A stretch of DNA of 64,000 bases from positions 69,302,548 to 69,366,547 of the forward strand of contig NC_068990.1 of the NCBI RefSeq assembly GCF_001194135.2, given 5' to 3'. Both the position numbers and the translations under genes were made by a program. Position 1 is the first letter of the stretch. Each line of letters starts with the position of its first letter. This document shows positions 1-12,762 of this stretch, piece after piece. The notes under the pieces were generated by a model, which did not search any database, was not told the DNA's origin, and saw only the letters and a list, made by a program, of their open reading frames with translations. The DNA is from Octopus bimaculoides (lineage: Eukaryota).

Positions 1-24
1 TATGTATGTATGTATGTATGTATG

Positions 25-58
<34 letters not shown>

Positions 59-60
59 TG
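1..60. repeat. (TATG)n microsatellite
   Basis: Direct tetranucleotide repeat. Representative of many (TA)n, (CA)n, (GA)n, (TATG)n and (TAGA)n tracts across the window. Confidence 0.95.
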
Positions 61-149
61 CGTCTGTGTTTATGCATGTACATATGTGAGATAATAGTTT
101 CAGTATTAATAGTGAAAGCATTAAAGTGAAAGTATTATCTCACGTTACA

Positions 150-392
150 ATATAGATATTATTGTTTCACTTTTGACACGTAATACTGAAATAGTGTAAG
201 AGATAAGAGATTGCTCCGGGAGCGAATTAGGTAAGAAGTTGAAAATTCTTTTGGCCTATGACACTGCATGGATCCTAAGTAAGACATGTTTAAAATTTGA
301 ATGAAATCAGTTGGGTAGATCTCGACTTTTAGTGATGCACTCATACAGACAGACAGATAGACATACACACATTCTCAGTTTTCTATATATAT
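150..392. mobile_element. Possible non-autonomous Helitron-like element
   Basis: Has the pattern GAATGAAATCAGTTGGGTAGATCTCGA...ACAGACAGACAGATAGAC...TTTTCTATATATAT typical of short Helitron-type repeats. Termini not resolved. Confidence 0.3.
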
Positions 393-1019
393 TGTTGTTG
401 TCAGTTTGTTTTGTGAAGAAAAGAACTAGTGTAATTTTGGGGTTTTTTATGTCAAGTCATAGTGTAGCTAATAAAAATAGTTAAATGAATTACTATAATT
501 AATGTAGTTTGGTGTATGTCCGGATAATGGAGTAATTTTTTTCTTTCTTTTCTTAAATTAGTATGTATAGTTGCATAAAGTTGTGTTAAATACAATAATT
601 AAATAAAAACTGTTTTTACAATTGGGCAATTATATTTTCCCATCTCAAACATACTCAAATTTATTTCAACTTTAAAAACAAAAAGAGCTATGTTCTGTTT
701 ATTTAGATGTAGGTTGTTGTCGGGGGCAATAACAAGGACCAAATAATCAGTTTTTGTTCGCCCTCTATGTATTCAGCGTATTTCGCTAATGGGAAAGCCT
801 GCATGCAGAGGAAATGAATGAACAAAAAGATTTTTTTTTAAACAGGTCACCAAAACAGACGGGCAAATTTTTTTCAAGAAATGAGAGAAGCTGGGGCAAA
901 ATCTTAATTTTTTTCCCGAGAAATTTTCAAATTGCCTAAGAAGTCAAAAGATAATAGAACAGGTTGATTAAGCTATTTATGTAAGTAAACTAAAACTATA
1001 ATGCTGGTACGACAAAAAT

Positions 1020-1240
1020 ATTGCTTCTAATTTAGTCACAAAGCCATAAATTTTTGAGAAGTGGGTGTTAGGCAATAGTTCCTAGTATTAAACTGATACA
1101 TTCTTCTATCGATCTCGGAGGGATGAAAATTAAAGTAGACCTTGTCAGATTTTTTTTAGTTCAGAATATAAAGAGTGGAACAAATACCACAAGAAATGTT
1201 TTTTATTATGCGCTAACGATTCTGGCAATGTACCACCTTC
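1020..1240 (-). mobile_element. Degenerate tRNA-derived SINE, family A
   Basis: Reverse-complement similarity to the well-preserved family A copies at 27761 and 45139. Confidence 0.55.
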
Positions 1241-2659
1241 AAAAATAAAGTTGTTTGTGGCGAAATGACAATAAATGATGACATTTTTAATAATTAAGGA
1301 TCCTAATAATATAAATTATAAAAATGAGACAGAACAAGTTTAACAGGTGAAAAACTAAGAGAGTCAGAAGCTATATTTATTTCGAATCGATGAGTAAATA
1401 GTGAAGAAACTTTTTAACATAACAACATTTGGAGAAGAGCGGGCGCTAATGTAGGTTACCTACTATAAAATAAGGGGTTAATAAAATGCATGTGTTGAGA
1501 TAATCGTTTTTAATTTAATTACAAGACAAGCAATTTCTTGAGTGGGGTTGGATTTATTGATACCAGCACATGACTGATGTTCTATTTTATTGGTACCGGA
1601 GGCGATGAAAGAGAAACTTGACCTGGGTTGAACATTTTGTCCAATGCTCCAACTATATTGCTCGTTTACCGCCTCTACTAGTTGATATAATAACAATAGT
1701 AAATAAGAAAAAGTTAGAAAAGGTTAGCAGAGGAACTTGTGAACGATAACGATAACAGGAGTAAAACTATAAATGGTGTAAATCGGAGTTAAATGCCGGG
1801 TGACGGTGGTAAAGCTCATGCTCGTCGGTGAACTGAAAAATTGATTGATTATACTGGGTTAAATATAGAAGTGGAAGAAATTAAGAACTGCTGAGAAAAC
1901 TATAATTTGTTTTGGATTATGTCATGCTGACAATTTCTAATAAGAATGAAGTGGTGCTATATATAATTATCTATGAATGGAAATTCTGAGTTCTTTATAA
2001 TAAGTAAGCAATAAATATATAATAATGACTAAAATAAGTATGTATGCTCTGGACATCTTTTGTTTTCGATTTAAAATTGAAACTTCTAATCATGCCATGA
2101 TTTATCTAGAAACGATTGTCTCGCTTAAAATAACTGGTCACCAGGGCACTCTGCGCGTTTAATAGATGTCATCCGCATTAAAAGGCAGGAAACAAAGTAA
2201 ATTTAAGGAATATACTATTCACAATACTTTTCTGTTGATTCTTGTTCAACAGATTGATGCAGAACAAACTACAGTGAAAAGTTTGGGAGGACTGCCATGG
2301 GAATACTAAGGAAAAAATGTGACCATTGCGAAAGTAAAACCACCAACACAGAATGGATGAGGTATGTACAAAGCCGTATGAGGATTAAATGTTGTGATCC
2401 TGCGTCGGTGCTACTGATAGTATTGACCAAGCTCGCAACACTGAAACGGCTTGTCTCAGCCAAGCATCGCCAGTGAATCTGCTTCATAGCGTTGAGTCCT
2501 TCCCTTTGTGGAAGCAAACATATTTCTGTGGGTGTGCGTGTTTGTATGTGTGTGTGTGTGGGGGGGGGGGCGTGTATAGACCGACAGGCGGGCAGACAGA
2601 CAGTTAGATAGATAGAGAGACAGAGAGATAGAGAGAGAGAGAAAGAGAGACAGAGAATT

Positions 2660-4000
2660 TACAAACAACTTCCAGGCGAGTGATACTAACTGAAAGCGCC
2701 TTATACCAGACACTAGAAGGCTTATGGAAGTCATTTGGAGAGAATGCGCACCGTTGCGGAGCCTTCCTCTCTACGGTATTATTGCGCAATGATCCAGTCT
2801 CACTGAGATGAGGCCCGACTTGCTAGATTAATTGGTGACTAGACTCTCCTCAATATTCTCGAAGCCGTTGCTCATTGTCTCTCTTTAACCAAACCCAGTG
2901 ACTTGCCTCCTCCAGTGTGGCTTGGATATCGCTCGTGATGGTATTTTGCTTTATGCTGAACTAGGCCAAGCGACAACAACTATCACCTCTTACTGCATCC
3001 AAGGAATTATCTATCCCAATATCGATTGAATAATGTCCTGCTTTCAAGCCCGCGTCTTCACATTCATCGAGATTTTCATACCGGTCGATCTTTCGAGTCT
3101 GAGCGGCGCCCATGTTATCTTCATCGGGAACCATCAGCTCAACTAGATTTACCATTTTTTCTTCACATCAGATGACAATACTTGGTTTCTTCGTAACTGG
3201 TATAGGGAAGAATCTTAGGGATCCTGACAAATCCTCCCTCACCTCCCAACAGCCGTTCTAGATTTTATAGTCCATAGGGATCTTCTTCTTCAAATGGTTC
3301 TAATGTCCTGAAAGAAAAGAAGCTGGTGAAATCTCTGGTTTGGTTTCCTCCGTGGTTTCTTGCCACTGTTGATTATAATAATATTGTGCTTTACAGCATT
3401 GAAGGTAGACTTACGTACTAAATTATCTCCAGTTATATTTATCCAACGCCAGTATACAGCTGGAAAGGGTATGTTTCACTGTTCCAACTTTCCGACATCA
3501 CTCCTTGATACCCACTAGTTTTTCTTTTCTTTTCTTTTTTTTTCTTAGGAGAAGGCAAAGATGAGCGAATCAAAAAAAACTTAGTCAAGTTAGGATGATC
3601 CTAACTTGTTTTTTTCTCAGTTATGGCTCTGCCCATCTTGTCATCTGTCCTTTTTGAGAGCATTGAATCAAATGAAGCTTATCTCTCTGCTTCTCTTGCA
3701 TTGATACTGTTACTAACAGCAATTCTGCATTCATTGTACATAACAATTGAAACTGGCCTGAAAGGATCTAATCAAAACTCAAGAATCTTCCAATCAACCC
3801 GTACAACACCCAACGTATCTCGGTGTTTAAGTGAAGATTGGACGTCATCAGTTTCTGCTTCTACTGTCCATTCCGTGGTTGATTTTACATTTGGTGGATT
3901 ACGTCTTATTTCTCTGTCCTTCGACTCTCCTAGTATCATCACTGTTCCTACCTTCACTATTTTATAAATTTCGATGATTGACGTCAACGATAATTGCAAT
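2660..4000 (-). mobile_element. HERO-clade RLE non-LTR retrotransposon, decayed 3' half
   Basis: Minus-strand translations give the post-RT region EIYKIVKVGTVMILGESKDREIRRNPP...LKHRDTLG, the zinc knuckle CRKVGTVKHTLSSCILALDKYNWR, the nuclease VELMVPDEDNMGAAQTRKIDRYENL and the C-terminal DIQATLEEASHWVWLKR. Stops and frameshifts present. Confidence 0.85.
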
Positions 4001-4250
4001 AAACTCTTTTTGCAATTGAGCTGTTCATTATATGGGGTAAATCTAACCGTTTCCTAGTGAACACGTTACACATTTACTCTATGATTTGAACTAGTAACGA
4101 TACCAACTCGTATATGAAAGGCATGATTATAGGCCAAACAGTAGAAACCATATTTTCTACTGAAAACATAAATAGCTTTTCGTCCATTCTCATTCACGAC
4201 ATTGTTGTTGTTGTTGTTGTTCGTGGTGGTGGTGGTGGTGTTGTCGTTGA

Positions 4251-4455
4251 GGCGGCGAGCTGGCAGAATCGTTAGCGCGCTGGAAGAAATGCTTAGCGGT
4301 ATTTTGCCCGTCGCTATCTTCTGAGTTCAAATTCCAACGAGATCGACTTTGCCTTTCATCTTTTTGGGGTCGATACATTAAGTACAAGGGGAGTACTGGA
4401 GTCGTTTTAATCGACTGAACCTCTTTCCCATAATAGTAGAAAGGACTATTATCAT
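4251..4455 (+). mobile_element. tRNA-derived SINE, family A (GGCGGCGAGCTGGCAGAA head)
   Basis: A-box-like head, B-box GAGTTCAAATTCC, GCCTTTCATC..GGGGTCGAT core, (ATT/ATC)n tail. Confidence 0.85.
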
Positions 4456-4668
4456 TATTATCTATCATCATCATCATCATTATCATCATCACCATCATCA
4501 TCATTGTAGTCGTCATCATCATTTTATTTAACTTACAAACTAATAAATCATTTCATCACTCGTTTGATCAATCAATCAGTTTGTTCTACCTTGCATTACT
4601 GCCTGCAACCTATAGATAATGTGACCTCGTCTGCTCTTCTTAAAAGGAATCGAGTATGTGAGTACGTA

Positions 4669-4699
<31 letters not shown>

Positions 4700-4804
4700 G
4701 TGTATACATATTTATATATATACATATATATGCATACATATGTGTATACATATTTATATATATATACATATATATGCATACAGACATAGACGTATGCATA
4801 TATT

Positions 4805-5000
4805 CTTTTATTCTTTCACTTGTTTCAGTCATTTGACTGTGGCCATGATGGAGCACCGCCTTGACGGGTGGACCCCAGGACTTATTTTACAAGCCTTGTA
4901 CTAATTCTATCAGTCTCTTTTGCTGAACTGCTAATTTACGGGGGACGTTAACACACCAACAGCGGTTGTCAAGCGGTGATGGGGAACATACACACACACG
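4805..5000 (-). mobile_element. SINE family B, 3' half
   Basis: Matches the 3' half of the full-length copy at 12763-13166. Confidence 0.8.
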
Positions 5001-5009
5001 TATATATAT

Positions 5010-5078
<69 letters not shown>

Positions 5079-6060
5079 NNNNNNNNNNNNNNNNNNNNNN
5101 NNNNNNNNNNNNNNNNNNNNNNNNNNNNNNNNNNNNNNNNNNNNNNNNNNNNNNNNNNNNNNNNNNNNNNNNNNNNNNNNNNNNNNNNNNNNNNNNNNNN
5201 NNNNNNNNNNNNNNNNNNNNNNNNNNNNNNNNNNNNNNNNNNNNNNNNNNNNNNNNNNNNNNNNNNNNNNNNNNNNNNNNNNNNNNNNNNNNNNNNNNNN
5301 NNNNNNNNNNNNNNNNNNNNNNNNNNNNNNNNNNNNNNNNNNNNNNNNNNNNNNNNNNNNNNNNNNNNNNNNNNNNNNNNNNNNNNNNNNNNNNNNNNNN
5401 NNNNNNNNNNNNNNNNNNNNNNNNNNNNNNNNNNNNNNNNNNNNNNNNNNNNNNNNNNNNNNNNNNNNNNNNNNNNNNNNNNNNNNNNNNNNNNNNNNNN
5501 NNNNNNNNNNNNNNNNNNNNNNNNNNNNNNNNNNNNNNNNNNNNNNNNNNNNNNNNNNNNNNNNNNNNNNNNNNNNNNNNNNNNNNNNNNNNNNNNNNNN
5601 NNNNNNNNNNNNNNNNNNNNNNNNNNNNNNNNNNNNNNNNNNNNNNNNNNNNNNNNNNNNNNNNNNNNNNNNNNNNNNNNNNNNNNNNNNNNNNNNNNNN
5701 NNNNNNNNNNNNNNNNNNNNNNNNNNNNNNNNNNNNNNNNNNNNNNNNNNNNNNNNNNNNNNNNNNNNNNNNNNNNNNNNNNNNNNNNNNNNNNNNNNNN
5801 NNNNNNNNNNNNNNNNNNNNNNNNNNNNNNNNNNNNNNNNNNNNNNNNNNNNNNNNNNNNNNNNNNNNNNNNNNNNNNNNNNNNNNNNNNNNNNNNNNNN
5901 NNNNNNNNNNNNNNNNNNNNNNNNNNNNNNNNNNNNNNNNNNNNNNNNNNNNNNNNNNNNNNNNNNNNNNNNNNNNNNNNNNNNNNNNNNNNNNNNNNNN
6001 NNNNNNNNNNNNNNNNNNNNNNNNNNNNNNNNNNNNNNNNNNNNNNNNNNNNNNNNNNNN

Positions 6061-6386
6061 GTTTTGCGTAGAATGTGTGCAGTACCCAGTAGTGCAATTT
6101 TCTGTATGTTATATATATTTGTAAGTCCTGGTGTTTTTGTTATGTATTTGTCTGAATATTTTTTTATTATACCTAAGGCACCTACTATGATAGGAATTGT
6201 TTCTGTTTTTAGATTCCACATTCGAGTTATCTCTATTTCCAGGTCTTTGTATTTTGAAAGTTTTTCCATTTCTTTTAGAGAAACGTTGTCATCTGCTGGT
6301 ATTGAAACATCAATTAGAAGGCATTTTTTTCCTTCATGATCTTTGACAACTATATCTGGTCTATTTGCCTTAATTTCTCTATCTGT
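6061..6386 (-). mobile_element. R4/Dong-clade RLE LINE, C-terminal endonuclease fragment
   Basis: TDREIKANRPDIVVKDHEGKKCLLIDVSIPADDNVSLKEMEKLSKYKDLEIEITRMWNLKTETIPIIVGALG...IQKIALLGTAHILRK, a PD-(D/E)xK RLE pattern of the R4/Dong type. Runs into an N-gap. Confidence 0.85.
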
Positions 6387-6615
6387 TACCTTCGCCTTAG
6401 TAAAGTTGGAGGTATTGTTTTCAGTTGTGTTTGTTTGTTTGTTTGTTTGTTTGTTTGTTTGTCCGTGGACAAGATATCTCAAGAACCGCTGGATGGATTC
6501 GAATGAAACTTTCAGGGATTTTTGGCCTTGTGACTGGCACGGTTTCATTAGATGTTGGGATCGATCCGGTACCGAACAAGGATTCTGCATTATTTTTCCG
6601 ATTCTTTTAACTTTA
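6386..6615 (+). mobile_element. DINE-1/HINE-like (Helentron-associated) short element inserted in the R4 fragment
   Basis: Terminal hairpin TACCTTCGCC..GTTGGAGGTA, then (GTTT)n, then GATATCTCAAGAACCGCTGGATGGATTCGAATGAAACTTT. It interrupts the R4 reading frame. Confidence 0.6.
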
Positions 6616-6714
6616 CATGTAAAGTTTCACATCGTTTTCTTGAACACGCACACACATACACAAAATATACTCACACGTTTTCAGCGTTAAACATTACCAT
6701 CCCATTTCCATTGT

Positions 6715-6761
<47 letters not shown>

Positions 6762-7007
6762 CACGCACACGCACGCAAACATACCTCTCTTTTATACACA
6801 CATATACTCACACTTCAAACGCTGTTTATCGGCTTTTTCACTCTCGTTATTCATCTATCCCCGCTTCCTTTCTCATTCATACGACGCTCTCTTTGCCACT
6901 TCGTTTCGTCTTTCTCATTGTCATTACTTCCTCTCAGTCATGGCTATTACTCTCACTAATTCTCCTTCACTTTATTGGTTTTTCATCTCCTCTCCCTTCA
7001 TCTCTCA

Positions 7008-7049
<42 letters not shown>

Positions 7050-7057
<8 letters not shown>

Positions 7058-7274
7058 ACTTGGGGATGGTCATATTGCCAGTTTAGCCAATAAAAACACA
7101 CGCACTGTATATTTGGTGTTAATTTGCTTCAGCTTTATATTACATTAATCTTAATCTTATTTCGGCCAGAGTTCTTTCGTCACACTTCTGTGACCTCATC
7201 AGTGGTCCTTTGTTTCCTTCTTTCTTATGTGTGTCTCACGTTGCTAACTATCAGCCATTTTATATTTCACATCA
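7050..7274 (-). mobile_element. Probable Penelope-like element terminal (pLTR) fragment
   Basis: Contains a hammerhead-like motif and abuts a (TA)n tract. The family call is inferred from the known PLE-hammerhead association. Confidence 0.4.
7164..7208 (-). ncRNA. Candidate minimal type I hammerhead ribozyme (imperfect)
   Basis: Minus strand reads GGACCA-CUGAUGA-G-GUCACA gaag UGUGAC-GAAA-GAAC-UC-UGGCC. Stem II has one extra G and stem I has one bulge. Confidence 0.5.
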
Positions 7275-7355
7275 NNNNNNNNNNNNNNNNNNNNNNNNNN
7301 NNNNNNNNNNNNNNNNNNNNNNNNNNNNNNNNNNNNNNNNNNNNNNNNNNNNNTA

Positions 7356-7387
<32 letters not shown>

Positions 7388-7593
7388 CTAGCTGACGACG
7401 TATAGTTACTAATGACGGCAAACTGTAGTATTTTATATACAAACAAGAGCACTCAGACAGCGCAAACCTCCGCTAAGGCAACACCAATGTCTTGTCAATG
7501 ATTAGCCAGAGATGAATTTTAAAATGAAAATATCTGAAATAAACTCGACTGCTCTCACAAATGAGAATACTAAAAATGAAACCGGCCGTTCTC

Positions 7594-7803
7594 AAAAATT
7601 AAAAGAATCGCAAAAATAATCCAGAATCTCTGTCCGGATCGATCCCAAAATCTAATCAGTTCGTGCCAGTCCCGAGGCCAAACATCCCTGAGAGTTTCAT
7701 CCGAATATATCCAGCGGTTCTTGAGATGTCTTGACAAAGGACAAACAAACAAACAAACTCGACTGAAAACAATACTTTCGCCTTCGCTAAGGCAGAGGGA
7801 ATA
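7594..7803 (-). mobile_element. Second DINE-1/HINE-like copy, inverted relative to 6386-6615
   Basis: Reverse complement of the same core. The ORF track shows homologous pseudo-peptides (LKNRW..S.ET.RD.WP.DWH..IR.WDRSG) on opposite strands. Confidence 0.65.
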
Positions 7804-8624
7804 AGGTACAAAATAAGGTACATAATTATCACACATCAAACATTCAGATACTTCCCTTGTACACGCACACATACATACATACATACATACATACTTACAT
7901 ACATATACTCACACAGAGTTGAAACGTTGATTTTTTCACCCCTTCCTTCCTTATTCATCTTTCACCCCTTCCTTTCTCTCATTGCTATTACTTTCTCTCA
8001 CTCCCTCTCAGTCAGCGTTATTACTCTCACTACTTCTCCTTCTCTGAATTACTGCTTTCTCTCCTCCTCTATGTTCAGAGTGATTCTGAACAAATATATA
8101 TATATATATATATACAAATATATAAAAACACAACACTCATTATTATATTAGGAGACTTATTTTACTTTTCAGTTTGAGAGCGGTCGGGTTCATTTTTAGT
8201 ATTCTCGTTTGTGTCTTCGGCAAGTGTCTTCGGCAAGTGTCTGCTACTATAGCCTCGGGCTATAGATAGATAGATAGATATTGTAATGCTCATGTAATTG
8301 CATCTATGAAGGTATGTATTCTTGGTAGATAGGATGTAACTCTGTATGTGTTTGTGTGTATGTGAGGGAGCGCGTGTGTGTGTGTGTGTGTGTGTGTGTA
8401 TGTAAAAGCGTGAAGCTTGGCATCGCTACCAGATAACAGAGAATATAATAGGGAGGGTATTGATGTAGGATATGGTGTCGATAAACAAGAAATAGTTTAG
8501 GCGAAATTCGACAGTTCTAGGTAAACACAAACCTGTATATACTCTTCTTGGTACCAGTCATTATGCACGCCCTCCTCTCTCTCTCTCTCTCTATCTATCT
8601 GTCTGGCTGTCTATCTATCTTATT

Positions 8625-8846
8625 TCTGTATTGCCCACAAGTGGCTAAACACAGAGGGGACAAATAAGGACAGACAAAGGGATTAAGTCGATGACATCGA
8701 CTCCAGTGCGTAACTGGTACTTAATTTATCTACCCTGAAAGGATGAAAGGCAAAGTCGACCTCGGCGGAATTTGAACTCAGAACGTAGCGGCAGACGAAA
8801 TACTGCTAAGCATTTCGCCCGGCGTACTAACGTTTCTACCAGCTCG
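8625..8846 (-). mobile_element. SINE family A, variant 3' tail
   Basis: Near full-length reverse copy. The tail GCCCACAAG.GGCTAAACA.AG.GGGACAAA is shared with the copy at ~47478. Confidence 0.85.
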
Positions 8847-8873
8847 TCGTCTGTCTATCTATCTATCTATCTA

Positions 8874-8912
<39 letters not shown>

Positions 8913-9389
8913 GCCTGGCTGTCTATCTATCTATCTATCTATCTAATTATCTCTTGTATTACATCTGATTACATTTCCGGTNNNNNNNNNNNNNNNNNNN
9001 NNNNNNNNNNNNNNNNNNNNNNNNNNNNNNNNNNNNNNNNNNNNNNNNNNNNNNNNNNNNNNNNNNNNNNNNNNNNNNNNNNNNNNNNNNNNNNNNNNNN
9101 NNNNNNNNNNNNNNNNNNNNNNNNNNNNNNNNNNNNNNNNNNNNNNNNNNNNNNNNNNNNNNNNNNNNNNNNNNNNNNNNNNNNNNNNNNNNNNNNNNNN
9201 NNNNNNNNNNNNNNNNNNNNNNNNNNNNNNNNNNNNNNNNNNNNNNNNNNNNNNNNNNNNNNNNNNNNNNNNNNNNNNNNNNNNNNNNNNNNNNNNNNNN
9301 NNNNNNNNNNNNNNNNNNNNNNNNNNNNNNNNNNNNNNNNNNNNNNNNNNNNNNNNNNNNNNNNNNNNNNNNNNNGTTGGCATAATATG

Positions 9390-10170
9390 AAGCGGTTTTC
9401 GGACCTTTACAGTCTGTGTTCAAATCGACTTTGCCTTTTATCCTTTCGGAGTCGATAAAATAAGTACCAGTTAGGAATTGGGATCGACTAGTCCCCTACC
9501 CAAAAATTTCAGGCCTTTTTAGTAGAAAGGTTTATTATTTGTAGTAGTATTAAGGCGGCGAGCTGGCAGAATCATTAGCACGCTGGACGAAATTCTTAGC
9601 GGTATTTCGCCTGTCGCTACGTTCTGTGTTCAAATTCCACTAAGGTCGACTTTACCTTTCATCCTTTCGGGGTCGATAAATCAAGTACCAGTTGAACACT
9701 GGGTCAAGGAAATCGACTAGTCCCCCTCACCCAAATTTTCAGGCCTTGTGTCTATAACAGAAAGGATTATTATTCATATCATTAAAGAGGCGAGCTGGAA
9801 GAATTGTTAGCACTCCGGTTTCGTGCATCTTTACGTTCTGAGTTCAAATTCCGCTGAGGTCCACTTTGACTTACATTCTTTCGTGGTCGATAAAATAAAG
9901 TAGCAATTGAGCACTCGAGTCGATGATATCGACTCAGCCAGCCCTCTCCCGCGAAATTGCTCGCTTTGTGCCAAAATTTGAAATCGTCATTATCATCTTC
10001 ACTACTATCATCGTCCTAATGGTGCTGGATTGGTAGAAACATTAGTATAATGGACAAAATTCCTTGTGGTGTTTACTCTGGCTCTTTACATTTTGAGTTC
10101 AAATCCCGCTGAGGTCAATATGACCTTTCATCCTTTTAGGGTCGATATGGTAAAGTACATACAAATACTA
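9390..10170 (+). mobile_element. Cluster of four head-to-tail family A SINEs
   Basis: Repeated GCCTTTCATCCTTTCGGGGTCGATAAA cores at ~9430, 9650, 9865 and 10120, mostly separated by ATT-rich tails. Confidence 0.8.
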
Positions 10171-10516
10171 AGGGCCAATATAATCAAGTAACCCTAACTC
10201 TCTCCCATTCAAAAACTGCTGACACCTTTGTGTCTAAATTGTTGGTCTTTATCACCCTGTCAAACTTCAATGAAGTTAGAACATGCAGGAACATACACTG
10301 CCGCTCCGACCGTGACGGTGTCATCAAAATCACCCTTAATATCATATTAAGTCCCCCACATTTGATAGAATTTTTCATTTTTCTTTTTCTCTGTGTATGT
10401 TACAGATGTGTTATAACGTCGAATTTATCTCATGTCCAAATAATACATACATTCAAACATATATACTGACAGACCGACAGGCAAACAGAGTAATGTAGGT
10501 AGATAGATTGATTTAT

Positions 10517-10576
<60 letters not shown>

Positions 10577-12311
10577 NNNNNNNNNNNNNNNNNNNNNNNN
10601 NNNNNNNNNNNNNNNNNNNNNNNNNNNNNNNNNNNNNNNNNNNNNNNNNNNNNNNNNNNNNNNNNNNNNNNNNNNNNNNNNNNNNNNNNNNNNNNNNNNN
10701 NNNNNNNNNNNNNNNNNNNNNNNNNNNNNNNNNNNNNNNNNNNNNNNNNNNNNNNNNNNNNNNNNNNNNNNNNNNNNNNNNNNNNNNNNNNNNNNNNNNN
10801 NNNNNNNNNNNNNNNNNNNNNNNNNNNNNNNNNNNNNNNNNNNNNNNNNNNNNNNNNNNNNNNNNNNNNNNNNNNNNNNNNNNNNNNNNNNNNNNNNNNN
10901 NNNNNNNNNNNNNNNNNNNNNNNNNNNNNNNNNNNNNNNNNNNNNNNNNNNNNNNNNNNNNNNNNNNNNNNNNNNNNNNNNNNNNNNNNNNNNNNNNAAA
11001 AAGACAAGTAATACAAAGAATGACTCTTCATTAGTTGTCGGTTGTTTATCTACTCCCCATTTCGAGCAATCAGCGACAGTATGAGCCTTGGATGACAGCT
11101 GCTCCTATAAATACCAAAATAAAATTTTGGATTTATAGAGGGTCAAAGTTAGAAACAAAAACGGAACAGTGGAGACATACAGGGAACCCGAACGAAAACA
11201 AACATGGTGGGTCGTTGGACCTGAACGAGGGGGAAATAGTGAACGCTGAGAGAAATATTTTCTTTGAAAAGAGAAAAGATAGAAGAGAGAGATAGGAGAC
11301 GTCCAGTCCTTAGAACGTCCGTGCAGGAATGAAAGATGGTCATGTGAGGAAAAAAAGATGGATGATGGCCACCTGTGAGCAACGAGAGAGAGAGAAAAAG
11401 AGAAAGAGGGAGAGAGAAAGAGGGAGACAGATAGAAAACGGTGAAAGGGAGAAAAGGGAATAAGAGAGGATATGGGAGAAAACAGTATAGAGTAGAGTCG
11501 CATCAAAAAGGTTAAGATATACTTACTTGCAAATGGATGCGTGGCGTTCAATTAAATAATAATATAAATAATATATAAATATGTATANNNNNNNNNNNNN
11601 NNNNNNNNNNNNNNNNNNNNNNNNNNNNNNNNNNNNNNNNNNNNNNNNNNNNNNNNNNNNNNNNNNNNNNNNNNNNNNNNNNNNNNNNNNNNNNNNNNNN
11701 NNNNNNNNNNNNNNNNNNNNNNNNNNNNNNNNNNNNNNNNNNNNNNNNNNNNNNNNNNNNNNNNNNNNNNNNNNNNNNNNNNNNNNNNNNNNNNNNNNNN
11801 NNNNNNNNNNNNNNNNNNNNNNNNNNNNNNNNNNNNNNNNNNNNNNNNNNNNNNNNNNNNNNNNNNNNNNNNNNNNNNNNNNNNNNNNNNNNNNNNNNNN
11901 NNNNNNNNNNNNNNNNNNNNNNNNNNNNNNNNNNNNNNNNNNNNNNNNNNNNNNNNNNNNNNNNNNNNNNNNNNNNNNNNNNNNNNNNNNNNNNNNNNNN
12001 NNNNNNNNNNNNNNNNNNNNNNNNNNNNNNNNNNNNNNNNNNNNNNNNNNNNNNNNNNNNNNNNNNNNNNNNNNNNNNNNNNNNNNNNNNNNNNNNNNNN
12101 NNNNNNNNNNNNNNNNNNNNNNNNNNNNNNNNNNNNNNNNNNNNNNNNNNNNNNNNNNNNNNNNNNNNNNNNNNNNNNNNNNNNNNNNNNNNNNNNNNNN
12201 NNNNNNNNNNNNNNNNNNNNNNNNNNNNNNNNNNNNNNNNNNNNNNNNNNNNNNNNNNNNNNNNNNNNNNNNNNNNNNNNNNNNNNNNNNNNNNNNNNNN
12301 NNNNNNNNNNN

Positions 12312-12405
12312 AGAAGAAGAAGAAGAAGAAGAAGAAGAAGAAGAAGAAGAAGAAGAAGAAGAAGAAGAAGAAGAAGAAGAAGAAGAAGAAGAAGAAGAAG
12401 AAGAA
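12312..12405. repeat. (GAA)n microsatellite
   Basis: About 31 perfect GAA units next to a gap. Explains the poly-E, poly-S and poly-F ORFs. Confidence 0.95.
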
Positions 12406-12762
12406 TGTGGGAGTGCCATGATAGTAGTGTGTTAAATGGTCAAGTGTCCTGAAGATGACCTGTTGTGGATGGTAGTAGTGATTGAATTCTTGAAACATCT
12501 CTTTTGAATGTTTTGTTTAAAATTTACGTAGGTGTTATTCTAAACAGAGACAGAAACAAGCAGTAACTAGGAAAATGCCCCTTGTATTTGAACACTATGC
12601 AAATATTCTTTTAAAAAGACTTTTCGTTCAATTTTTCCAAAATGTAATTGCTTTCTATACTTACAGTTGAAAAAGTCTCAATGACTGAAACCGGTACTGA
12701 AATGTTTTTTATAAAATTATTTTAGTATTTTCTACCTTGACTTTTTTTTCCATATATATACT

